From Lytechinus pictus (taxonomy: Eukaryota), in contig NC_087250.1 in NCBI RefSeq assembly GCF_037042905.1, positions 6,698,001-6,762,000 on the forward strand: 64,000 bases of DNA, written 5' to 3'. A program made the translations under genes and the position numbers. The number at the start of each line of letters is the position of its first letter. The stretch's first letter is position 1. The notes beneath the pieces were generated by a model. That model saw only the letters and a list, made by a program, of their open reading frames with translations. It did no database searches and was not told the origin of the DNA. Positions 27,993 to 38,288 of the stretch are shown here, piece by piece.

Positions 27993-28219
27993 AATAGTGT
28001 AGTAGGTTTCACGGTACACCATGTATTCTTTCTTGGGCATATGTTGGTCCTGAAAAGGACCACCCAATCTCGACGTTTCGACAAGTGTGTTCTTGTCGTC
28101 ATTCTCCTGAGGACGACAAGAACACACTTGTCGAAACGTCGAGATTGGGTGGTCCTTTTCAGGACCAACATATGCCCAAGAAAGAATACATGGTGTACCG
28201 TGAAACCTACTACACTATT
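27993..28219. repeat. Perfect palindrome (108-bp arms, 11-nt loop), probably inverted Penelope pseudo-LTR
   Basis: 27993-28100 is the exact reverse complement of 28112-28219. Contains a hammerhead core. Confidence 0.9.
28103..28144 (+). ncRNA. Minimal type I hammerhead ribozyme (Penelope type)
   Basis: TCTC-CTGAGGA-c-GACAAG-aacaca-CTTGTC-GAAA-CGTC-GAGA. Conserved CUGANGA/GAAA core, 6-bp stem II, palindromic ACGU stem III, GUC cleavage triplet ending 28140, stem I TCTC/GAGA. Confidence 0.75.
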
Positions 28220-28919
28220 TAATAACTTTCTTAATATTTAACGGATTTCCTCCAAACCTTCACCGATATTTTATTTTATTATTTTGAGGGATATTTTTTA
28301 GAGAAGTAGAGGTAGAGAATGACATAGTCTACACCCTCGCTATGTGGTTTTCACTAAATTTATCATTGTATAAAATGTGTTATATTTTATTTCATGTGAA
28401 TAAGTTATGCTAACATTATATTCATGAAGGGCACACTTTTGCTCTAATTCATTAAATAAAGATCCGAGAAGGCAATTTCTTATGAAAATATTCTGTATCG
28501 TATAGCATTCGTAACATATGTAAACTGAAAACAAATCGGTTACCAAATGGAATTGTATATTTTTTTTCTTATTAGGATATTATTTAATTCTTAGTTTTTG
28601 TTCTTTTCATATAAATTGTTGTCCAACAAATATCGTCCGTTACTTTATTTTGGCCATAATTCAATAGCATCGAATTTAAAAGAATGCTCTCAATTATTTG
28701 TTTGTTTACAGTTTTGTCCAGAGATTCAATCTTCGGTATGATTGTTGTTTGCTAATCTTAGCTATATCAGTATATGTATTACTCAATTTGTTAATACCTT
28801 TAGGATTTTCTCCTTTAAGTTGTGAATAATAATTCCGTTTAAAAAACATTTCGTTATTCAGTTGATTTTATATAATTTTATTATCATATACACACGTTTG
28901 TTTTTACTTTCTTATTCAG

Positions 28920-29440
28920 ATTAGTAATTATGAGCCTGGTAATGACATGAATGATGATATGACTACCAGGTTGTGGAACTGTCTGAGATCCTTCAACCTA
29001 CTGACCCATCTAAACATCTCAGACTCATCTCTCAGTTTCCCTCAATCACCCCCTCAACTACTATCCGTCACAGCGCTATCAGCTGAGAGATTGACGTCAC
29101 AATGCTATGAAGGACTGATCTCATCGCTCCCTGGTTTGGTAAAGATCGATATCACCACTGATAATGCAGATAGAGACATATCCCAGATCACTGCTGGTCT
29201 CAGGCGAACAGGAGGACATAAACTCACACGCATTAACTTTCACGCACCGCCATCATTCCAACCAGAGAAGAGTCGTGTATCGAGAGACACCATGAGAGCA
29301 CTGGGTCTGCTGATCAGACAATATACCAAGAACCTGCAGTGGATTGGTTTGTCTGGAGTTATTGGTTTGAAGGAAGAAGATCTTGCTGAATTCCTTGAGT
29401 CGTCGACATCTTTGGCATCATTGGCTCACCTGCATCTAGA
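28920..29440 (+). CDS. Internal exon (LRR module 1) of an LRR protein, probably NLR-type immune receptor
   Basis: Pyrimidine tract + ttcag acceptor before 28920 and GA|gtgagt donor after 29440. 521 nt, phase 0-2. Translates ISNYEPGNDMNDDMTTRLWNCLRSFNLLTHLNISDSSLSF...SLPGLVKIDI...TKNLQWIGLSGV...SLAHLHL with LxxLxL periodicity. Clearly paralogous to the exons at 43041 and 54340. The NLR assignment is recognition of protein style, not a search result. Confidence 0.85.
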
Positions 29441-30292
29441 GTGAGTTTTTTTTTAACCATATGGGCTTATATCTTGCCGATTTCAACTGTCACTGTACGG
29501 AGTGTCAGAAAACAAAGTAGATGTATAAATGGATATTTGCTTCCGTAATAGTATGGATCCTACTAGGATCCATGATGACAGGTAGGCGACTCTGACTTAT
29601 ATATTTTTTTTAATACACACTAAATTGAATTTAGCAGCCAGTCGTATGTCCTCAAAATATATCGATACCTTTATATTTACCGACATCCCTCGACCCTATC
29701 TATATCGAGAGTGACTGTCACGTGGGAGTGACTTTTACCTACTGCTGCTTGACACCAGATAAGGAATACGTAAAACTGATAATTACAGTTATCAAAATAT
29801 TTAATCAAATCTCTTCAATCTCTGTTGTTTTCTTTTGATTGATTAACGATAATACATGAAAATATACATGGATATTGATAGCAGAATATACCTTAACAAT
29901 AATGGTTAAATCGATCCCCTATCATATCTTCTTGCCTGACATGCCCCACTCGGCCCTGGTGGTCGGTCCAGTTCCTGGCCTCCGCAGCTTGCGATGTCGC
30001 TCGATGCATCCACTGCTTTACTTCCACTCGGCCTCCACAGACAGTGTTGCCCCTTGATGAGTAGCCACCAGATAAGAGAGATGTGGCTTTGACAAATTAG
30101 TGGACGAGATTGAGCCCCCAAACTGAATTACTGAAATTACCCTGCTAATATACCCTACCGTTACTAGGACTAACTATAACATTTTATAAAGTAATTCAAA
30201 GTACCTACATCCCTCGACCCTATTCATATCGGGAGTGACAAAAGCAATTTGAAGTAAAGCAATTATAATAATAGTACTACCATTAGTAGCAT

Positions 30293-30352
<60 letters not shown>
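30293..30352. repeat. (TAG)n microsatellite
   Basis: Direct inspection. Confidence 0.95.
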
Positions 30353-31271
30353 AAGTAATAATAATAATAAGTATACTATTAAAAATAACAATAACAATTT
30401 GCTCAGGTGCTCTTTGCATCATTACAAAATGATTTGTGTGGTTTGGGAATACAAATATATTTATCTATTCAAATTATGAAATCGGGGTTACTGATATTTT
30501 TGTGGCTCATCGGTATTGTGTCTTCCCACTTGACAGAGCTCCGTAAACTGAGGGCCTATGAGACTGCTGTTATGTAATTGCTTTGTGTTACTATTATCGA
30601 ATGGTAATCAATCGCATAAGAACACTTTACCACGTCACCCATATAAATGAAATAAATTTAAAGTATACAATCATTAACACTTTTGATACCGACACAGAGT
30701 AAACTACAAGGCACTCGTTGAAGTTTTGTTTACAACCCTTAAAAGAACATCCACGATCAGCTACTAACATAATTTTATCCAGAAAGAATTCCCCAGCGGG
30801 ATAATCTCCGGAATGTAATGATTTTTATTTTATTTATTTTTTTTATTTGGGGGGGGGGGGGGACAGACATGGCGTATGGAACAAAAACAAAAGTATCCAG
30901 ACAATCTGGGAGTTAGCAAAACTATTTTCGATACAAAAATATGATTTTTTTTTTCTGATATGAATTTTGGCATATTACTCAGAAAATGATATAATTTTCA
31001 CGCCTTTCCCTTTTCCATTTTTCTAAAAGTTTTGGGGCCAATACCAGCATGTCCTTCCCATCTGTACTTAAACGATTTAAGTAGTTGAAGAAAAGTTCAA
31101 CGTTATATAAGCTTACGCTTTCGACGGCATAAACACATCAATCGTATGTGCATCAGTGATATCAGGATCAAAATCAATATCAAGATTCCGATGACACAGG
31201 TTCTTACCTGAATAATGTGCCACTATTTTCCCTAACCAATTTCAATTTTCTATATTATTACGATAATACAG

Positions 31272-31320
31272 ATGTCTTGATAGTTGGTGTTTCAACTTTG
31301 ATGAACTGTCAGGCGTTCAG
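31272..31320 (+). CDS. 49-nt micro-exon (linker of module 1)
   Basis: tacag|A TGT CTT GAT AGT TGG TGT TTC AAC TTT GAT GAA CTG TCA GGC GTT CAG|gtaagc. Phase 2-0 restores the frame between exons 28920 and 43041 (CLDSWCFNFDELSGVQ). Homologous to 50724-50772. Confidence 0.8.
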
Positions 31321-32202
31321 GTAAGCATGTTGTGACGGTCCTGTACTGAATGAATATCGCCTTGCATTCCAACGATGTTCTTAACCAACTTTTATGAGGC
31401 TGGGTAATATATGGATATAAGAATATATTCCTATATCAAAAATCGACAAAAGAGACGTCGTTAAAAATATAAGAAAATATGTTTGATGGGGACACATTAT
31501 TGCCAAATTGCAATTGAAATGTAACATTTTCAGATTTGCGAAACAAAATCCTTTTAAACGTAATCTTCATTGATTTGTTTTATATTGCACAGGGTTTTTG
31601 TGGTATTTTTTATATTTCTATCAGTGAAAAATATCTGATTAATTTGAAACATGTGTAAAGTTTTGGTGATGGGTCAGTAATGTAAACTTTATTCGAATAT
31701 CTTGGAAACATATTACATTAGTAATTCAATGCACTGTTACCCAGTAGAATATAAATTTGACATTTTTTGGCACATATAATTGACATTTAGATCTGGTGTC
31801 CTGTTTCAGAAAATGTTCTCATGTTTATTTGAAATAGCCGTTAGAATACCTTCGTTACATTAATTGGATATTAAAAAGAAACTTAAGACGATTATATGAG
31901 ATTTTCAGCCCATCACATGATCGAGATTTTGACTGAAACAAGTCAAGCATAAGCAAGGGGATAGGTTGCATCGGTTTTGATTAAAGTTTTTATTTAAATC
32001 GGGTAAATTCACTTAATCATTGACCCTCCTAATTTTAATTATATTAGACAACAAGACTGGTAAAATTGGTAACAAGTTGGTAAAGGAAATAATGTGTTGT
32101 CTCACGATGTGGCAAACTGAAATTTAGACGTTTTGACTACACCTGCTAGTCTTCGTCAGGCAATGAAGTGGACAATAGCTGCGTGCGCCTTTTATACCGT
32201 AA

Positions 32203-32365
32203 TACCTCGGTCACATTTGCTCTACGGCGGCAATACGGCAAGTCAAAAACAGCCGTTTTAATCTTATTTTGTACCAGCTACGTATAGGTGGATTGAATAG
32301 AAAAGAATAAAACGGCTGTTTTCGATTCGCCGTACGGCCACCGTAGAGCAAATGTGACCGAGGTA
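32203..32365. mobile_element. PIF/Harbinger-type MITE
   Basis: TIR TACCTCGGTCACATTTGCTCTACGG / CCGTAGAGCAAATGTGACCGAGGTA with 3-bp TSD TAA. Confidence 0.85.
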
Positions 32366-32494
32366 TAAGCTGCGTGCAGTCAATTCCGGAAAAGCCGCTA
32401 TGATTGGTCGGATCAACCGACCAATCAGAAGCCGCGGACGGTGCGATCGCTGGGCGGCATGCGGAGGTCGTGGAAATCCCGTCGGCTGCCGGCG

Positions 32495-33723
32495 CACAGT
32501 GGGCCAGAATGAGTTGAAAGTGCGCCAAAATTATATTCCGTGTTAGATTTTTATTTTAACATGTTGATTATGGGTAAGTTTGGGCGTAGAATCGACTGAA
32601 CATAATCTAAAGCCGATATGACGTCACCTTGATGCAAAATTTTGATTGGCTACTTAAAACCTATCTGTGAAGACAAATTACCCTAAACAATGTGTAGTAT
32701 ATAAATTTTGTGTTATGTGCTACTTTAAGATTGACCAGAGTGAATGTTGTTTTAGGCTTCTCACATGCCTAAAAAGTGTGTATGAGATCCTGAAAATAAT
32801 TTTATGGCATCAAAATGATCATTAATTAGATTTATAAAAAGAAAAAAAGAAAATCTGAAAAATATTAACCGTGCTTTATGAAGCTGTGTTGACTTGTGTA
32901 AAATACAGTGTATATAGCACCAAGAATGTATCACTATGAGGAGGGTTTTGGGCTGAAATTATTCTACAAGTAAGTTTTAACTCTGGAAGAGTTGTGGGTA
33001 TAGCCCTTATTTGCGTTAGCAACCTTTATTTTGTTTACATTTTGCCCGGAATTCATGTCATTTTCATGGAATGGAAGGGGAATCGTCCTCGCCGTGCAAA
33101 AGCGAACGGCAATGTACACCCATACGGTGCGCTACGATGACTGCGCGGTATAAAAATGACCGTGTTTGAACAGGTTTTGGGGGTGTTGTGTCAAGTAAAA
33201 TCGGCTCTCACATGACAACGGGCAAAAACGGGCAGCTAAATTTGGTATCGACTTAAAGCTTAGACATCAGAAAAAATGATGATAATAGAATTTAGACGGA
33301 AATTCACGGAAATCTTAACGTTTCTAATGTAAATGCAAAAAACATGGATTTTCAGCCTATTTCGAGGAATAATCATACTATAAACCTCCTGAAAGGTGTA
33401 TTTTATCTACTTTGGACCCTTTCACACACAGAAAAGAATATATCAGGATTATGTTGGAGCCATTTCAGATTCCTTTATGAAAAACCTCCTGGAAAATGGC
33501 CTGTTTTTCAACTAGGTTGTCATATACGCGACATTTCGCAAAATGTCACATTTTACGATTTGAGGTTGGAAATTAACAACCTTTATGCAAATTCCAGAAT
33601 GAAATATTTTTGCTGAAGCATTCTTCAAAGTGTTGTCTTTCAGCTGAGCATAACAAAAAATAAAAATATGATATTGCCCATAATGACTTTTGGCGCACTT
33701 TTGTATCGCACCGGACCACTGTG
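32495..33723. mobile_element. Non-autonomous Transib element with RSS-like ends
   Basis: CACAGTGG...CCACTGTG termini. 5-bp GC-rich TSD CGGCG (32490-32494, 33724-33728). Bipartite TIR with internal AAAGTGCGCCAAAA on both ends. No transposase ORF. Confidence 0.85.
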
Positions 33724-34734
33724 CGGCGGTCTCGATGAGTATCGGGCGGTCGTAGGGGGTGCATGCCAGCGAATGGCATGCGCCGAATGGTCGGAAGCCA
33801 TTTATCCCTGTTAACATTGGGATGTAGGCGGATTTGGATAGCCCCTTTAACACGCCGTGTATACCACTGCTTATCCCGCGCTATGCAGCTTACCTCGTTC
33901 CCATTGGGAGGGTGATCTGCATTCCAAGCATGCTCTGCTACTGTCGCCCTATCTATGTGCGCGCCGGTGCTTGACATCACGGCGATGTTCTAGCAATATT
34001 TCGCTAACGGGTTTACCCGTTTCCCCGATATATACCTTGTCACAAGTCACGCAAACTGTAGAGAATATATAAACATATATATGTGCATGTACTGATACAC
34101 TTGAATACCTATATATGAGGCTGGTTACTTACTATTTTGTTGTTGTGTGTATTTATATTAGGCTGATATTTAGTAGCATGTCGCATTATAGACCTATGCA
34201 TATATGTAAATAGGGAGGGGGGAAAATAAAAATAAAAACACATATATATATATATCTGGAGATTCTATTGGAAATTACATGAATATACCATTTTCTTTCT
34301 TCTTCTGTTCTATATTTTTACTCGGTTTTTCAATATACCAAAGATATGGAGTAAAGAGCGCTTATAAATGCTTTCGAAAGACACACTATTAAACCAATTA
34401 ACTAACACCCACATCCGTGAAAGGAAAACACAAGCACGAGTAAACTGTTAAATCTAACAAACGTTGTTTAAACAAAATACTCATAAGATTTTAATACTCC
34501 ACAACGCCTTTCCTCGGTGAATCTATATCTCACACACAACAGTGGCGGATCCAGGGGGGTGGCGCTCAAAATAAAAATAAAAGAAAAGTAAAAGAAAGAA
34601 AAGGCGCTGCTTGAAAAAACAATACACTGATATAATATTAGCAACAGTATAAGGAAAGACTATCCCCCAGCAAAGCACAATCATATCATCTTCCTTATCT
34701 TTTCTTTTAACTACCCTTTTCCCAACAACTTCGC

Positions 34735-35705
34735 CGGTTAAAAATAATCAGCAGTGCGCTGCCTGCATATAACTGGCGCCAATCAAGAATAATCAGCGCC
34801 ACCTTAATCTAAATCGGCGCCGGACAAGAATAATCAGCGCCATTTGGTTATAAATCGGCGCCAGTCGAGAAAAATCGGCACTGCCAGAGTCTAAACCGGC
34901 GCCGATCAAGGATAATCTGCGCCACCTAAATCTAAATCGGCACCAGATAAAAATAATCGGCGCCATCTGGTTATAAATCGGCGCCGGTACAGAAAAATCG
35001 ACGCTGCCTGAGTTCTTAACCGGCGCCGATCAAGGATAATCAGCGCCACCTAAATCTAAATCGGCACCAGATAAAAATAATCGGCGCCATCTGGTTATAA
35101 ATCGCCGCTGCCAGAGTCTAAACCGGCGCCGATCAAGGATAATCTGCGCCACCTAAATCTAAATCGGCACCAGATAAAAATAATCGGCGCCATCTGGTTA
35201 TAAATCGGCGCCAGTCGAGAAAAATCGGCACTGCCAGAGTCTAAACCGGCGCCGATCAAGGATAATCTGCGCCACCTAAATCTAAATCGGCGCCGGGTAA
35301 GAATAAACGGCGTCATCTGGTTATAAATCGGCGCCGGTAAAGAAAAATCGGCGCTGCCTGAGCTCGTAACCGGCGCCGATCAAGGATAATCGGCGCTGCC
35401 TGAGTCTTAACCGGCGCCGATCAAGAATAATCAGCTCCACCTAAATCTAAATCGGCGCCGGACAAGAATAATCAGCACCACCTGGTTAAAAATCGGCGCC
35501 AGTCAATTATGAATTGCCGCTGCCTGAATCTTACGTGACGTCGGTAAAAATAATCAGCACTACTTGTTCTAAATCGGCGCCGGTCAAGAATAATCAGCGT
35601 CCCCTTGTTCCAATAAATAGGCGCCGGTAGAATAATGAAGAAGGGCCTATTGCCAACCAAATCTAGATCGGCGCCGGTCAAGAATGGTCAGCGGCACCTG
35701 GTTAT
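34735..35705. repeat. GC-rich minisatellite, ~21-bp unit around AATCGGCGCC, with higher-order repeats
   Basis: Dozens of aatc(g/a)gcgcc units. Longer blocks repeat nearly exactly (e.g. 34850-34930 vs 35200-35280). Confidence 0.9.
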
Positions 35706-36128
35706 ACATTTTATTGTTGATTGGTCATAACAAAGCTTATCGCATGCCCTTACAGAGTGGACTCGGGCAGGGCAGTTGCCCACAGAATGACAGATGTCAT
35801 GAAATCTTTAATTATTAAAAAAATCCCAGAACCATACAAAAGCGTAGAGCAAATCCTTTAATTTTGATCTTATTTTCTAATGCTTTCAGTATTGCCAACC
35901 AAATCTAGATCGGCGCCGGTCAAGAATGGTCAGCGGCACCTGGTTATACATTTTATTGTTGATTGGTCATAACAAAGCTTATCGCATGCCCTTACAGAGT
36001 GGACTCGGGCAGGGCAGTTGCCCACAGAATGACAGATGTCATGAAATCTTTAATTATTAAAAAAATCCCAGAACCATACAAAAGCGTAGAGCAAATCCTT
36101 TAATTTTGATCTTATTTTCTAATGCTTT
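35648..36128. repeat. Near-perfect tandem duplication, period 242 bp
   Basis: 35648-35886 matches 35890-36128. Confidence 0.95.
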
Positions 36129-37250
36129 AATAAAAAGAAGGTCAGTCACTTTTCTTCTTTACACATTCCACATTGTGCCACCTCTATGGCCTTTAGTTTA
36201 AGACAGCTACTGTAGTGTTTTATGAAGATGATTCGATATTTTAGCCCAAATCTTTGCTAAAACCCGTTGCTTGTACCGGGAGTGTATAATTACGCAACCA
36301 GTCGTATATTGAGATTGAGCTACACAACTCGTTCTTTATTTAAAATCGTGCTTAAATTATCCGCTTCTCAGATTGGAATATACAAATTTTCAGCTCGCGC
36401 TTCGCGTTCGCATCATTTCTGTAGCAAAACCCCATACTTTTCATGATTAAATAGGTTAATAGATGTCCCTATTTCAGGACTAAACGTCAAAAGAACTCCC
36501 GCTTCGATTTGCAATAATCTTTTGCTGGATATAATCTTGTTCTTTATTACAAACGTCCATTAAACTGTCATTTTTTCAGATCGAAATATCAACATTTTAA
36601 GCTCGCGCTTCGCTCTCGCATCTATTGTTTTTTTTAGATACCCATCTTAATCATTGGTACCAAAAATGCATAGAATATCAAGCTTTCTGGTCAGAATATA
36701 AAGAAATTTCAGCTCGCCCTCGGCATTCGCATTATCTGTGTAGTGAGATATGTATCCTCCTCATGAGTTACTACAAACAGTCCTAAACAGGCACCTGTTT
36801 TCAGGTCAGTGTACTAAAAATTTCAGCTCGCGCTTCGCGCTCGCATTAATTTGTTGGTGAGATATGTGTTTCTATCTCATGAGTCATATAAATATATATA
36901 TATATGCATATGTGTGTGTGTGTTTGTGTGAGTTTGTTTGTTTTGTGTGATATCGAGCGCCTTTGGAAAGTTGATTCATGATTTTGCCCCCCAAATCTTA
37001 AAAAAAGGATCGACGCCCCTGTGTGTATATATATATAGTAAAAAAAACTTGTATCTCTATTAATTATACAAAAGTATTGGCCTCATCGCAATAAAAGGGT
37101 TAATACACGAGATTTTGTAATCGCACATAACATGCATAATTTGTGTTACTTTTTGCTTGTTTCTTTCTTTAATAAGTTTTTCAATCTCTCTCTATATATG
37201 TTTATAATGGTCTATATTATGGTTGTTCCACTTTATATGTTTGTCATTTT

Positions 37251-37289
37251 GCCTCCGACGAAGATTCTGCTAGGATCGAAAGCTTAGGC
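37251..37289 (+). ncRNA. Variant minimal hammerhead ribozyme (U4C), likely Penelope pLTR remnant
   Basis: GCCT-CCGACGA-a-GATTC-tgcta-GGATC-GAAA-GCTT-AGGC. Stem I GCCT/AGGC, palindromic AGCU stem III, core has CCGA in place of CTGA. Confidence 0.5.
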
Positions 37290-38288
37290 CCCTTTTTTAC
37301 TTTCTATATATGTTTTAGAAAGATTATATGTTTAAATTGATGTATATTTCTGCTATAATGAGATATGTTTAAGTGGACTTCAGGGAATGGTCGTACGCAG
37401 CAAGGGGGAAGGGGGGGCACATTCGCGATCTGCTGTTGTGAAAAAAATTGTTTTTTTCCTTAACATTTCATGAAAACTATGAAAAATGTGCAAATGTGAG
37501 ATGTGCACCAAATTTTCGAGTCTTGCCCCCCCCCCCCCCGGATATATTATCTGCGTGTGGTCATGCAAAATGGCATGACTGGAAATCCTACATTTTGAAA
37601 AGAGCGTTTGACAGGGTCAGACTTTACCCCTTTTTCAACATTTTCTTTTATGGCGCCGGTGAAGTGCAAAAATATGTGCGCCGCCCGGCAGTGCGCCCCC
37701 CCCCCTTTCGCCAAAAGCTGGATCCGCCTATGCACAATGCAATTAATAGCAAAATCGAATGACGAGAGCTGTACAGGGGAGGGTGGAATCCCTCTCGCTT
37801 AGCCTGGCGGAAATCATCGGACATCGATGGATAGCGCCACCTCCACACTAAACTCAACCAACCAACAACGCATGGAATCTTGTAAACATCGCTATCGAGT
37901 CTGCCGGGCATAATTCGAGCGTGAATCACGAGTAAATTTAAAGAAAAATATAAATATGTCATGAGTATTGAGTATCTAATCATGTTTTGTAAAAGCAAAC
38001 TGGATATCATATCCATGTATAAGTAATAAAAATGGAATATAACATTAATTTGAATGATTATTGTTGTATTGATCTAGTATCGGAACAGTATACTTGCGAA
38101 ACATAATGGTTATTCAATACATTTTTGCACAGTAGAATTTAGAATTGTCATTTTTGCTGCACTTAGGATTCAATTTAGATCTGGTTTCCAGTGTCGGTAA
38201 TTTTTTTATGTTATTAGAAATAGCCGTTAGAATACTTTCTTTACATATTTAGAAATTGGACTTTGAAACATAACTTATATAGATCATA

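Larger units (their letters stand above)
32090..34070 (-). mobile_element. Penelope-like retroelement 3' remnant (GIY-YIG endonuclease + pLTR), interrupted by Transib and a MITE
   Basis: Minus strand ~34070-33780 reads CVTCDKVYIGETGKPVSEILLEHRRDVK, then frameshifts to ATVAEHAWNADHP...IARDKQWYTRRVKGAIQIRLHPNVNRDKWLPTIRR. Degenerate hammerhead CTGACGAaGACTA...TAGTCaAAACGTC at 32159-32127. Confidence 0.8.

Noticed and set aside
29439..29444. In-frame stop right after each large exon's donor (also 43344 and 54841)
   Set aside because: Expected for phase-2 introns beginning GTGA/GTAA; not evidence of single-exon genes or special regulation.
29920..30125. GC-richer patch, possibly a non-LTR retroelement fragment on the minus strand
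   Set aside because: Too degenerate to assign by eye.
34735..35705. AATCGGCGCC repeat array as CRISPR or coding repeat
   Set aside because: Intervening sequences are themselves repeated; a minisatellite with no sustained ORF.
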